From positions 1 through 29,863 of the forward strand of contig WAKA01000013.1 of the NCBI GenBank assembly GCA_015523565.1: a stretch of 29,863 bases of DNA, written 5' to 3'. Under the pieces are notes generated by a model. The model was not told the origin of the DNA. It was given only the letters and a program-made list of their open reading frames with translations, and searched no databases. Made by a program: the position numbers and the translations under genes. Shown in pieces: positions 18,247 through 28,085 of this stretch (within the stretch, counting starts at the first letter, position 1; each line of letters begins with the position of its first letter). Source of the DNA: Candidatus Heimdallarchaeota archaeon. GTDB taxonomy: Archaea > Asgardarchaeota > Heimdallarchaeia > Heimdallarchaeales > Kariarchaeaceae.

Positions 18247-21200
18247 TTAACCAGTATACCTGAGTGCATCACTCGGTGGGATTCTTGAGCTTCTTATTCC
18301 TGGGAATATTGCTGCAATGAATGCAGAGCCCAATGTCAACGCGACATATCCCAAGATAACCATCCATGGGATGACGAATGTCGCATTTCCTCCTGAATCT
18401 ATATTGAGAAGCGCATATCCCAACACAGACCCATTAAAGAAGCCGATGGCCAACCCTATAAGTCCCATGACAATAAGCTCAATTATGACTGCCAGAACAA
18501 CATCCCTTCTCCTGAAACCGAGTGCCCTAAGCATTCCTATTTCCCTTTGCCGTTCTGCAACAGATCGCATGGCTACTACAAACAATCCTAATATGCCCAC
18601 AACAAATCCCATTGAGGTAAATGCTTGAAGGAAGTTAAAGAAACGGAATTGCCCTTCTAGGAATTGCTCGTAGACGGAATACACTGAAAATCCATAAACT
18701 CCAAAAAGACCATAATCTTCCCTGAATTTTCCACCCTTCTTGTTGGCGAAAATTTCTACCTCGGTTGCCAATTGGTCAATCCTCTCATCAGTTATTTTTT
18801 TTGCATCTGTTTTCCCTAAGAAAACATTGTCTACATTATGTAACCCGTCAAAAGCAAGCAACTTTTTACTCCAAAACTCATTGACAAACCAGACATTCCC
18901 AAATTGAGGTCCATTCACTTGGGGAGAGAGAAAATCTACAAGTGGATTTCCTGTTACAATCGCTCCTATGACAAACTCTTGCACCGAACCATCTGTCAGG
19001 TTAAGAAATACAGAATCTCCTGGTCGATGAGTCTGTTTGAATCCACCAAATCCACCTTGAAAGATTAATTCTGTCAAGATCATTGGTCTTGGTTCCCCAT
19101 TCTTGTTGAGCAAAGTCTGGTTACTCACCAATGCCTTCCATACGTTTTCGTCTTCTGGGCTTGCGGCTGGCTCATCGGGGTTTTCCTTTTGTGTCTCAAA
19201 AGGAGTGCCTGTCTTGTTGTCTTCAAGATCAAATTTCAACACCCACTTGTCGTTTTCCCATAAACTGTCTGGTGATGTCTTGATTAATCCAACTGACATG
19301 GTTGCATTTCCGTCTTTATCCAGAAGAGCATCTGTTGTCTTTGAAATTGTAAAGCTCTTCAAAAACTGCATATGCAATCCTGTTTCTGTTTTCTTGTCAG
19401 GTCCAAAATTATCCATCACTTGCTTCGCAAACTGGATATTTGATGGAATGGGTTGATCTGCAATGAACATGATGTCTGATCCTGAGGTGGTGTCCAATAT
19501 CACATTATCAAAACCATACCTGAAACTGGTGCTCCACGTTGCCAAAAATATGTTGAGTGTCAAAATAGTTGCAAATAGGGCAAAAGTCAGGGTACTTCTA
19601 ACTTTCTTGCTCTTCATTTGGCGAAACGCCACCATTGCAGTTCCCCTGATGGGTGTTTTCTTCCTCCTTGCAAAAATGGCAAACAGTTTTTCTCCAAATG
19701 CTGCAACCACATCAAGATTCATACCGATCACGGTAATGGTTCCTCCCAATATGCTTAACATAATATATAACATATAGGAGAGACCATTTCCGCCTTCCTC
19801 AATCCAATCAAACACAAAAAAGATGTTGAAGTATCCCCAAGCCAATAGGCCAAGGCTTGCAACTGTCAATCCAATTTTTTTGGATTTGTAATATGCAAAT
19901 ATCAATGAGGGTCCAACCACAAGAAATGCAATCGCCAAATAAATTTGGGCAGTATCTTCCATTTTGGCAAAGGCGTCTTTCCCCTCCACGAATGGATTGT
20001 GTTTCAGCCCGCTGACATATAAAACTGCTAAAATGGACGCAAAAATTCCCAAATACAGGCTTTTCCTGCCAAAAGAAGGTCTGCTTGGTGGTCTTAGACC
20101 TCTAAGTACTTGGGCTATGTTTATCCTTGAGGCGTTGATTGCAGGGACGATTGCAGTTACCTGCGAAACAACAACCCCTGCCCAAAATGAACTTTGAATT
20201 ATCTTTGCTGTGATAATTAGGGGAATTCCTTCTGATGGAAAATCAAAAATATAGCTTAACAGGAATACAAGTATCTTTCCATATATTGCACCACCGATCA
20301 ATCCAAGCAATGAACCCAATATCCCCAAGAAAAGGGATTCCGTTAGGTTCGTGAAAATCAACTGCCTACGATTCCCTCCAATGGCTCTCATGATTCCTGT
20401 CTCTTTTTCTCTTGCCTGAAGTGCCATTGATTGGATATTGACAATAACAAGCAGGGCTGCAATGGCAATCAGGGTTCCAAAAATATTTAGGATGAGTGTC
20501 ATGCTTTGCGTCAGGGATTCTACAATGTCATCCACTATTTGCAGATCATTTGAATATGAATAGAAATCTGCAAAATCTGGTCCAACTATTGACTTAAATG
20601 CGTCTCTTGTAGCATTGAATGCGATTTCCCTTTGTTTGGGGTCTCCATCTATGTCTTCTTTCCAATTTATCAGTAACCTATTAATTGGGTGTGGTCCATA
20701 TCCGATAATTGGCTCCGTAAACTGCAATTGTGCAGGTTGCGCTTTCTGAGCGGAAATATACGCGTTATGCACAAGTCCTTGAAGCCAATCTAGGGGTGCC
20801 GCAATAAATGAGGACAATAGTTCTTTTCCCCGCCCTGTCTCTTCAAACACTGCCTTGATTTGAACTGTTGTATTGAGATAAACTATTTTGGATGGGATGA
20901 ACCCCTGAGGTGTTGGGATTGAGAAACTGAAAAGAGTTGTGCTGAGAAGCAGACTCTCTCCAACCGGATTCATATTCGGGAAAAGTACATCTGCCAATCT
21001 CCTTCCAATGTAAACTTCACCATCCTTTAGACTATCCATTTTCAATTCATTTCCATCCTTGTCATAAAAGCTTCCAAAAGTTGTCTCATTGGGTGAAATC
21101 CCTCTCACTGTTTCAGATACCTGAATTGAACCAGTCTCTTCATGAAGCATGGTAAACGCAAGGTCAAGTCTCGGACTGATTTCCAAGACATGTGGTTTCA

Positions 21201-21513
21201 CCGTTCCATTATCCTCCAACAATTTCGCATAATCCTGTAATTGAGTTATATTCGTCGGTGCTCCGAAAGCTTCTGCAATTGCATATGACAAAGTCGCATT
21301 GTCAACAAAAAATGGTGTCAGGAGAGGGGAAATGCTTGCATCACGTTCTCCCATTGCATATCGTTGCAAATTCCCAAATCCCTCCCCTAAGGAAGCACTT
21401 CCCACTTGTATCCCCACAAAAAGCGAAACTCCCAAAGTAATGCCCAATAGAACTGCCAAGTTCTGAGAAGGTCTTCGAAACACATACTTTCTTGCCAATG
21501 AAAGAACTACCAT
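18247..21513 (-). CDS. FtsX/MacB-like ABC permease with duplicated permease units
   Basis: Two FtsX motifs (AREKETGIMRAIGG and ERQREIGMLRALGF), two large extracytoplasmic domains, C-terminal PPSDALRYTG; SD AGGTGA. Confidence 0.93.
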   Translation of the reverse strand: MVVLSLARKYVFRRPSQNLAVLLGITLGVSLFVGIQVGSASLGEGFGNLQRYAMGERDASISPLLTPFFVDNATLSYAIAEAFGAPTNITQLQDYAKLLEDNGTVKPHVLEISPRLDLAFTMLHEETGSIQVSETVRGISPNETTFGSFYDKDGNELKMDSLKDGEVYIGRRLADVLFPNMNPVGESLLLSTTLFSFSIPTPQGFIPSKIVYLNTTVQIKAVFEETGRGKELLSSFIAAPLDWLQGLVHNAYISAQKAQPAQLQFTEPIIGYGPHPINRLLINWKEDIDGDPKQREIAFNATRDAFKSIVGPDFADFYSYSNDLQIVDDIVESLTQSMTLILNIFGTLIAIAALLVIVNIQSMALQAREKETGIMRAIGGNRRQLIFTNLTESLFLGILGSLLGLIGGAIYGKILVFLLSYIFDFPSEGIPLIITAKIIQSSFWAGVVVSQVTAIVPAINASRINIAQVLRGLRPPSRPSFGRKSLYLGIFASILAVLYVSGLKHNPFVEGKDAFAKMEDTAQIYLAIAFLVVGPSLIFAYYKSKKIGLTVASLGLLAWGYFNIFFVFDWIEEGGNGLSYMLYIMLSILGGTITVIGMNLDVVAAFGEKLFAIFARRKKTPIRGTAMVAFRQMKSKKVRSTLTFALFATILTLNIFLATWSTSFRYGFDNVILDTTSGSDIMFIADQPIPSNIQFAKQVMDNFGPDKKTETGLHMQFLKSFTISKTTDALLDKDGNATMSVGLIKTSPDSLWENDKWVLKFDLEDNKTGTPFETQKENPDEPAASPEDENVWKALVSNQTLLNKNGEPRPMILTELIFQGGFGGFKQTHRPGDSVFLNLTDGSVQEFVIGAIVTGNPLVDFLSPQVNGPQFGNVWFVNEFWSKKLLAFDGLHNVDNVFLGKTDAKKITDERIDQLATEVEIFANKKGGKFREDYGLFGVYGFSVYSVYEQFLEGQFRFFNFLQAFTSMGFVVGILGLFVVAMRSVAERQREIGMLRALGFRRRDVVLAVIIELIVMGLIGLAIGFFNGSVLGYALLNIDSGGNATFVIPWMVILGYVALTLGSAFIAAIFPGIRSSRIPPSDALRYTG

Positions 21514-21557
21514 AATAAATCACCTATTTCTTTCTAATATCGGGTACTTGATATTTG

Positions 21558-21565
21558 CTTATAAA
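21558..21565 (-). promoter_or_regulatory. TATA box of the ABC operon
   Basis: Minus strand TTTATAAG about 45-52 nt upstream of the permease ATG. Confidence 0.45.
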
Positions 21566-21716
21566 GATTCCTTAACTGTTACTCTTCCAATGGGAACAAA
21601 ATCCGATATTGTTCAATATGGTTTATATATTCAATAATTTTGTTTTACTTATCTGTTTTTCACTAGCCATTGACAAACTTTTTTGTGAAATGGTTTTGCT
21701 TTGTTCTTATAGAACC

Positions 21717-23618
21717 ATGGCAAATCCAGATGATCATATTGAAAAGCAGCTTGCAACCATGCCTCACAAACCAGGGGTCTATATGATTAAAGATCAATTT
21801 GGCGAGATTATTTATGTAGGCAAGGCTAAGGATTTGCATAATCGATTACGATCCCATTTTGCCCCTTCCAATGATTTTTCCAAATCAAAATTCATAAGGG
21901 AATTGGGAAGGGACATCGAAGTCATTTTTGTAAACAACGAGGCGGAAGCATTCCTCTTGGAGTTTAATCTCATACAGGAGCATCAACCCAAACTTAATAC
22001 CCATTGGAAGGACGGAAAATCATTTCCTGTTGTTGAAATTACAACAAGTGAAATGTTCCCAAGGGTGAGGATGACCCGAGACCCAAAAAAGAAAAGCGAA
22101 TTATATCTTGGTCCATTTCCCAATGTGAAATCCCTGAAACAAAGCCTCAAGTTTGGACTTCAACTTTTTCCTGTTGCCGACTGCAATCAAGAGATACATC
22201 TAGGCGATGCAGAGGGCTGGGCAAGGACATGTATGCGAAGAAGGACAAAAACATGCCTTCGCCCTTGTGAAATTGCTGTAGATCATGATGAATATATGGA
22301 GGAAGTTAAGCACTTGATTGATTTTCTTGAGGGTCGGATAACAGATATCATCCCACGGATCACCCAAAAAATGAAGGATGCTTCTGCAAAATTGGAGTTT
22401 GAAAAAGCCGCCGAGTATCGGGACATTTTGAAGGCTTTGCAACGAACGATGCAAAGACAGACGGTTGTTGTGGACGTTCCTGATTCATTTTTGCTTGTCA
22501 CCGTGGAAGATGAAAATGCCTTTGGCTTCAATCTTTTGAAAATCATCAATGAACGTGTTGTGCAACAGACTCCTTCCTTTGTCCTTTTGGAGGATATTGG
22601 GGATGAAAGCAGAGAAGATTATGTCAGGCATGGTGTTCTTCAGATATTGGGTGTTCCTGGTATACTGCGTGAAGTGAAAAGGGTTTATGATGCAACTGGC
22701 TACCAATCAATAAAACCTTCTCTAGAGGGTTTGGGCTTCAAGGTTGTATCTCCACAATCAAAACATAAATCACTTGTCCTGCTTGCACAACAGAACCTGA
22801 AAAATCATATTCGCCGATCCCTTGCACTTGGAAAGAAAAGCAGGAAAGACATTCAGGCAACCTATTCTGCTCGTGTAGCTGATTTGCAGTCAATGTTGAA
22901 TCTTAAGGAACCGCCCGTGATCATTGATACTTTTGATGTCTCTACACTTCAAGGCACGAACACGGTTGCATCATGTGTCCGTTTTGTCAACGGCAAGCCA
23001 TATAAAAAGGGATATCGTAGATTCAAAATCAAAACTGTGATTGGTCAAGATGACTTTGCCTCAATGTTTGAAGCTGTTCAAAGAAGATATGCAGATCATG
23101 AAAATGGTTTGGATAAATTCGGTCTGCCCCTTCCAGACCTTATTGTGATAGACGGGGGTGAAATCCAGCTAAAAAAGGCAAGGGAGGCAATGGCAAGTGT
23201 CAATCTTGATAAACCTGTAATTGGCTTGGCAAAAAGGGAGGAGGAAATCTATCTGCCTGAAGAAAAGACTCCATTGAAGTTCAAAAAGAATAGACCTGGG
23301 ATGCATTTGGTAAGGGCTGGAAGGGATGAGGCACACCGTTTCGCAGTTACCTACCACCGTAAACGAAGGGAAAAGGAGGGACTCAAAAGCATCTTGGATG
23401 AGGTTTACGGGATTGGTGAAAAACGTAAACAGATGCTTCTCAAGGAATATGGTACTGTTTCCAACATTGCAAAAGAAAGCTCGGAAACATTGTCTGACAA
23501 ATTCAATATTCCAAGGGAAATTGCATCTGAAGTCATTTTCACATGCAGGCGGTTCAATGATGCATTGGAGGCTCGTGAGAAACGCAAGGAACGTTTCCGA
23601 AAAAAAAGCCGTTCCTGA
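21717..23618 (+). CDS. uvrC: Excinuclease ABC subunit C
   Basis: GIY-YIG PGVY...IYVGKAKDL..RLRSHF, four-Cys cluster, UVR motif LEFEKAAEYRD, RNase H-like FDVS/DDFASM/IDGG/RDEAHRFA, HhH GIGEKR. Start moved to ATG 21717 (MANPDD). Confidence 0.96.
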   Translation: MANPDDHIEKQLATMPHKPGVYMIKDQFGEIIYVGKAKDLHNRLRSHFAPSNDFSKSKFIRELGRDIEVIFVNNEAEAFLLEFNLIQEHQPKLNTHWKDGKSFPVVEITTSEMFPRVRMTRDPKKKSELYLGPFPNVKSLKQSLKFGLQLFPVADCNQEIHLGDAEGWARTCMRRRTKTCLRPCEIAVDHDEYMEEVKHLIDFLEGRITDIIPRITQKMKDASAKLEFEKAAEYRDILKALQRTMQRQTVVVDVPDSFLLVTVEDENAFGFNLLKIINERVVQQTPSFVLLEDIGDESREDYVRHGVLQILGVPGILREVKRVYDATGYQSIKPSLEGLGFKVVSPQSKHKSLVLLAQQNLKNHIRRSLALGKKSRKDIQATYSARVADLQSMLNLKEPPVIIDTFDVSTLQGTNTVASCVRFVNGKPYKKGYRRFKIKTVIGQDDFASMFEAVQRRYADHENGLDKFGLPLPDLIVIDGGEIQLKKAREAMASVNLDKPVIGLAKREEEIYLPEEKTPLKFKKNRPGMHLVRAGRDEAHRFAVTYHRKRREKEGLKSILDEVYGIGEKRKQMLLKEYGTVSNIAKESSETLSDKFNIPREIASEVIFTCRRFNDALEAREKRKERFRKKSRS

Positions 23619-23663
23619 AAATCCGTCCCGTACAATTCAAAATTTCAATCTTTAGCGAACCCG

Positions 23664-25151
23664 TTAACTGATCTTGGGTGACAATCTCTCATATCTTTGA
23701 CTTTCTGAAGAAAGGGTTATTTCATCAAATGAGGCACGGGATATCTTCTTTCGTATTTGGACAAAAATGGGGTAATTTACTGCATTTCCTGCCAAAAGAC
23801 CTTCTCCTACCCCCAACGAGGTAATCGTGTCCAATGTTTCTTTGGTTATGCCTTCAGACGTTTTTGCGATATAGTTCAAGTCATGAGGATTTAAGATTCG
23901 CATGATCAAGTGAGAATTGCACTGTGACAATGCAGTTGTCGAGAGATTCACTGGTCTCTGTGAAATGAGAACCAAAGAGCAAAGGAATTTCCGTCCTTCC
24001 CTTGCAATTGTCTCTATTATTTTCTTAGTTGGTGAAACTGTCATTTCCGGGCAGAATTGATGTGCCTCTTCAACAAATGTTATTGTAGGGGGAATGACCC
24101 TCTCCCTTCTCAACTCAAAAATTCTTTTCAAGAAATAATAAACAATCACTTGCTTTGACCAAAGGGAGATAATGTTGGACAAGTCAATAATCAATAGTGT
24201 TCCTGGCTGCAATGATTCTTGGAGGTCTGGTTCCTCATAATAGCTGAAGACCCCTATGTTCTCAAGAACAGTCAACCAGCCTAACAATGCGTCTTGAACA
24301 AGGTTGTTCATCTCCATTGCAGCAACCTGTTGCTTTAATGTGGAAATTGTAATTGGCTTGTCCTTTCGCTTTTGCATGGCAATTGCCCGACTCAGTTCCC
24401 TTGCTTGTGCATGGCTCATTGCAGGTTGCATTGCCAAAAAATCACCGCTTTTCATTGTGCCCGTTGCAAGCTTTATGGTTGAGCCATCAATGACTTTGAC
24501 GTTTGCATGCCTGAATTTTGGGTGCCCGTTTAGGCTTTCAAGTCCTGAAAATTCCCCATGCACATCAAACATTACCAATGCAGGTCTTCCTTCTTGTGGA
24601 CTTCGCTTCAACAACTCTTCAATAATGACGGTTGTTGTATAGGATTTTCCACCCCCTGAAATGCTGAGAATTGCCAAATGCTTTTGAAGCAACCTATCCA
24701 TGCTTATCTTTGCAGGCATTTGCATCTGTTTCAACATTCCTATTTCCAAGCCTTTCTGATCCAAGCCTATGAAACGCTCCAATACTTTGGGGTCTGCCAA
24801 CTCAACTTCAGATCCTGGGAGGACAGGCTTTGTAGACCTACTTTGGATTCCATTCCTGAAAATTCCAAGTACTTTTGTTTCAGCAATGATATAATCCCAT
24901 TTTTCAGCAGGGAACAGTTGTGGCGGTGCAAATCCACTCGAAGAACCGTGAACCACATCTGTGGATGAAAAATACCTGTTTGTTCTCCTTAGTGACTGTA
25001 TCATTCCAACAGTCAAAGAACCGTCTGCATTCTGAATCTGAACAAAAGTTCCGTTTTCAGCTATGGCTCTGGCATTTTCCTCAGAAATGACAAAATGCAG
25101 AAGATGTGGTGTTGGACTGGTTTCAGTGGCCACTACTATGCCAAGTCCCAT
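23664..25151 (-). CDS. herA: HerA-like helicase/ATPase (HAS barrel + FtsK/HerA P-loop)
   Basis: N-terminal beta barrel ending PVLPGSEV, KHLAILSISGGGKSY, FDVHGEF, FVEEAHQF, IAREGRKF, ISQRP, LSQCNS. Confidence 0.85.
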   Translation of the reverse strand: MGLGIVVATETSPTPHLLHFVISEENARAIAENGTFVQIQNADGSLTVGMIQSLRRTNRYFSSTDVVHGSSSGFAPPQLFPAEKWDYIIAETKVLGIFRNGIQSRSTKPVLPGSEVELADPKVLERFIGLDQKGLEIGMLKQMQMPAKISMDRLLQKHLAILSISGGGKSYTTTVIIEELLKRSPQEGRPALVMFDVHGEFSGLESLNGHPKFRHANVKVIDGSTIKLATGTMKSGDFLAMQPAMSHAQARELSRAIAMQKRKDKPITISTLKQQVAAMEMNNLVQDALLGWLTVLENIGVFSYYEEPDLQESLQPGTLLIIDLSNIISLWSKQVIVYYFLKRIFELRRERVIPPTITFVEEAHQFCPEMTVSPTKKIIETIAREGRKFLCSLVLISQRPVNLSTTALSQCNSHLIMRILNPHDLNYIAKTSEGITKETLDTITSLGVGEGLLAGNAVNYPIFVQIRKKISRASFDEITLSSESQRYERLSPKIS

Positions 25152-25231
25152 GATCGATCAATTAAAAATCTGCCCGATCCCTTAAATATCCCAAGGGGGG
25201 TCTTTAAAAGTGAACATTGTGCTTATGTTCT

Positions 25232-26056
25232 TTATTTGCCGAAAATTGCATATGATCCTGTTCTATCCCTTTCAATAAGCTGAAATCCCGCTTTTCTCAT
25301 ACGCTTAATCTGTTCCATTCCAAAATCCCTTCCTTTTGATTGTCCTTTCTTGGGCAAATAAAAATACAATTTTCCACCGCGTTTGATCACTCTATAGAGC
25401 TCATATGCATGGTCTTGGGAAAAGAACCCTCCTGAGCTTTTTGGCATTCCTCCATCTTGAATGATGTTATCAAAAGTTCCATCGTAAAAATCTTTCACTG
25501 CAACAGTAATATCCTCTTGAATTATCCGGATATTCTCCCTCTCAAAAAGTTCTCTGGAGTGGGGATTGTATGATGCCATTTCCAGTACATTGGGATCCCA
25601 TTCAACAGTCACAACACTTTCTGCTGTCCTTGCCGCAATGATTGCACTGTAGCCCAATCCTGTTCCTCCATCAAGTACATCTCCTTTTAACCTCTCTTTC
25701 TCCAACCTGTCAAGAAATGGTTTTTTATGCATTTGTGTGGCCGAAATCCTGAGAATCGGTCTGAAAGACGTTGGTGCCAACTGGTACAAAAAATTGGTTG
25801 ATTGGTTAAAAATTTGCAAAGGATACACTTGTCCATCCTTAATGAAGTAACAAAGGTTTTGCGCAGGATCAAATGAATCAGGCACACGGAAACTTTGTCC
25901 ATTTGGCAAAAATATCTTCCCTTGGGTTACTTGGACCCTAGTCTCTGTCAACCCCAAGTCCAAGGATACACTTATCTCTGCCTCAGAATCTTGGAGTTTC
26001 CCAAGTATTGCAAGTGTTTTGTTTGTCACAACGGGTACATATTTTGGTTTCAACAC
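25232..26056 (-). CDS. Predicted archaeal SAM-dependent methyltransferase (COG2521-like)
   Basis: SVSLDLG, QMH, VLDGGTGLGYSAI, VTVEWDPNVLEMA..NP.S, ELYRVIKRGG; GTG start. Confidence 0.85.
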   Translation of the reverse strand: MLKPKYVPVVTNKTLAILGKLQDSEAEISVSLDLGLTETRVQVTQGKIFLPNGQSFRVPDSFDPAQNLCYFIKDGQVYPLQIFNQSTNFLYQLAPTSFRPILRISATQMHKKPFLDRLEKERLKGDVLDGGTGLGYSAIIAARTAESVVTVEWDPNVLEMASYNPHSRELFERENIRIIQEDITVAVKDFYDGTFDNIIQDGGMPKSSGGFFSQDHAYELYRVIKRGGKLYFYLPKKGQSKGRDFGMEQIKRMRKAGFQLIERDRTGSYAIFGK

Positions 26057-26122
26057 TTTTCAATTCTCTGCCATGAATATAATGCCTTTCAATAGTACAT
26101 TCGGAATGAAAACAATGGCTCT

Positions 26123-27049
26123 TTAATTCTTTTTGAATATGGATTTTGACTTTCGTTTCAGGAATAGAACTGTAATCCCTCCAATTGACACAAGAAAAGA
26201 AATGGAGGAAATGTCTTCTGTAGGATAATGGGCAAGAACCATCTCACTTTTAGAGGATGTAGAATTAATTAATGGTGATTTCTCACTCGACACCATCTCG
26301 TTGTCTATAAAACTCAGGATTTTTAAACGAACATCTTCCAGCTTTTCATGATTCATTGTGTACGCTCCCCATGATCGATCTCCCATTGATATAGAGTGCT
26401 TAAGATCAAGGCTTGCGTTGTCCCATCTAAATTTCCAATCCTCATATTCCCAATACCCGTCTGCTGTAACTATTGTTGGACTATACTCTAGCGTCTGAAA
26501 CCTCATGAAATCCGTGTCATTTCCAAAAAGATCTTTCATGAACCCATTGGGCACCTCCCCACTAATATCAAAACTACTGTTCCATAGCCACTCTTGAACT
26601 GAAAAATCGCTATCTACTATGTTTCTTGCATGGTATTCGCTTCCATTTACTGAAAAAACGACTGTTTCGGTTCCTATCCAATGACTCCCCAATCTGATTG
26701 TCATATTCATCACTTTTGGGAGGTCTGTCAAACTTTCACTTAAATTCCAACTTAATGTGCGTGTCGTTCTCCAACCAGAAGAATTGATTGTAACTTCCAC
26801 TTGCCCTACTGCACTATGGTTTTCTGGAATATTCAACCATATTTTTTGGTCATAGGTCTCAACATTCACCTCGAATGTCTCTCCTGTTTCATAAGCAACT
26901 GTGAAAATGCCGCTGCTGACTGAAAACACAATAAAATATTTCTCATTTCTCAATGGTTCATTTGGCCATGAAACCATTATCTCTAAGGCATTGCTATGCG
27001 GCAAAAATCCAAATAACAATATCAAAAACAAGAATATTGTCTTTTTCAT
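26123..27049 (-). CDS. Secreted, C-terminally membrane-anchored surface protein
   Basis: Signal peptide MKKTIFLFLILLFGFLPHSNA, beta-rich body with several N-x-S/T sequons, C-terminal hydrophobic helix followed by KRKSK. Confidence 0.75.
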   Translation of the reverse strand: MKKTIFLFLILLFGFLPHSNALEIMVSWPNEPLRNEKYFIVFSVSSGIFTVAYETGETFEVNVETYDQKIWLNIPENHSAVGQVEVTINSSGWRTTRTLSWNLSESLTDLPKVMNMTIRLGSHWIGTETVVFSVNGSEYHARNIVDSDFSVQEWLWNSSFDISGEVPNGFMKDLFGNDTDFMRFQTLEYSPTIVTADGYWEYEDWKFRWDNASLDLKHSISMGDRSWGAYTMNHEKLEDVRLKILSFIDNEMVSSEKSPLINSTSSKSEMVLAHYPTEDISSISFLVSIGGITVLFLKRKSKSIFKKN

Positions 27050-27144
27050 AACTATTACTGTATCTTTTCCTATAAATTGATATGGGGTATTTTTTTACCC
27101 AGTGTCTCGTTAGGTTTTTAGTATCGTATTGCAATAAAGGGATT

Positions 27145-27822
27145 GTGCTTTTGTTTGATCTCGAATTTTACGTGCCTCCTCATGAAAGAGAACTATCTAA
27201 TGTAAGCCTCATTATGAATCCTGCTAGGGAAAATCATATCATATTGGGGGGAACATTCGTCACGTTTTCACCCAAGCAAAAGGGTCTTAAGTTCATTGAT
27301 TTTTGGATCTGGGAGCAGGAACAATTTGAGAACTCTCTTCTTGATGCAGAAAAGGAATTACTCCGTAAAATCTACGATTTCATTGATACATTTGCTATTG
27401 AAATGTGGGAACATCGGGAAAAATATCGTAAAAAGAGGGGGTGGAAAAATCCTGCGAAGAAAAAAATCGAATATGTAGGGATAGGGATTGCCAGAACTGA
27501 CCTACCGATCTTATATGTCAGATCCAGCTTTCATAAAATTGCTCCTAATCCTGATCTCTTTGAGCTTTACTTGGCTCATCATCCCTTTGACCTCGCAAAT
27601 GCTGCATTCGGATATATTTCCCCCAATAATTTGAGTCCTGTTTTGGCAAGGGAGATTTTTTCACATTTTGGCGTTGAGTATGAAAAAGACAGCAGTAAGT
27701 CTGTCTGGCAATTGTTTGATGAAAACAATTATGACCCCATCAAGTTGCGCACTCACCATGAAATAATTGCGACTGCTGAGGTTCTTCAAAAGATTATCAA
27801 AAAACATAGAGGTAAACATTGA
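27145..27822 (+). CDS. DEDD/RNase H-fold 3'-5' exonuclease-like protein
   Basis: ExoI LLFDLEF, EKELL helix, ExoII YVGIGIARTDLPIL, PFDL, ExoIII-like RTHHEI. GTG 27145 preferred; ATG 27082 possible. Confidence 0.6.
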   Translation: MLLFDLEFYVPPHERELSNVSLIMNPARENHIILGGTFVTFSPKQKGLKFIDFWIWEQEQFENSLLDAEKELLRKIYDFIDTFAIEMWEHREKYRKKRGWKNPAKKKIEYVGIGIARTDLPILYVRSSFHKIAPNPDLFELYLAHHPFDLANAAFGYISPNNLSPVLAREIFSHFGVEYEKDSSKSVWQLFDENNYDPIKLRTHHEIIATAEVLQKIIKKHRGKH

Positions 27823-28085
27823 CATGGGTTTTTCGAATGGTGGGTTACAGCATGTATTACTCCAAATAAAAAACAGTTGATCTGTTCAAACTGATCAAGT
27901 TATCATTATCAACCCATTTGTAATCCATCTAAAACAGAACCTGTTATGTGAGTTTATAGATAATCTAAAAGATGGGACGGCAATTCTTGCCTGTCAAAAC
28001 TTTAAGCCAACCCAAAGACCTTCAAGGCGTTAATGAAAACAAAACATAAATAGCTCAAATCAATAACATGAATTGTCAATAGACG

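Noticed and set aside
21609-21716. Hydrophobic N-terminal extension on UvrC
   Set aside because: TTG-started read-through of AT-rich promoter DNA; homology begins at ATG 21717.
26057-26074. In-frame ATG GCA GAG AAT TGA just upstream of the methyltransferase GTG start (possible readthrough)
   Set aside because: Only four codons, no recoding signal seen, and the domain is complete from the GTG.
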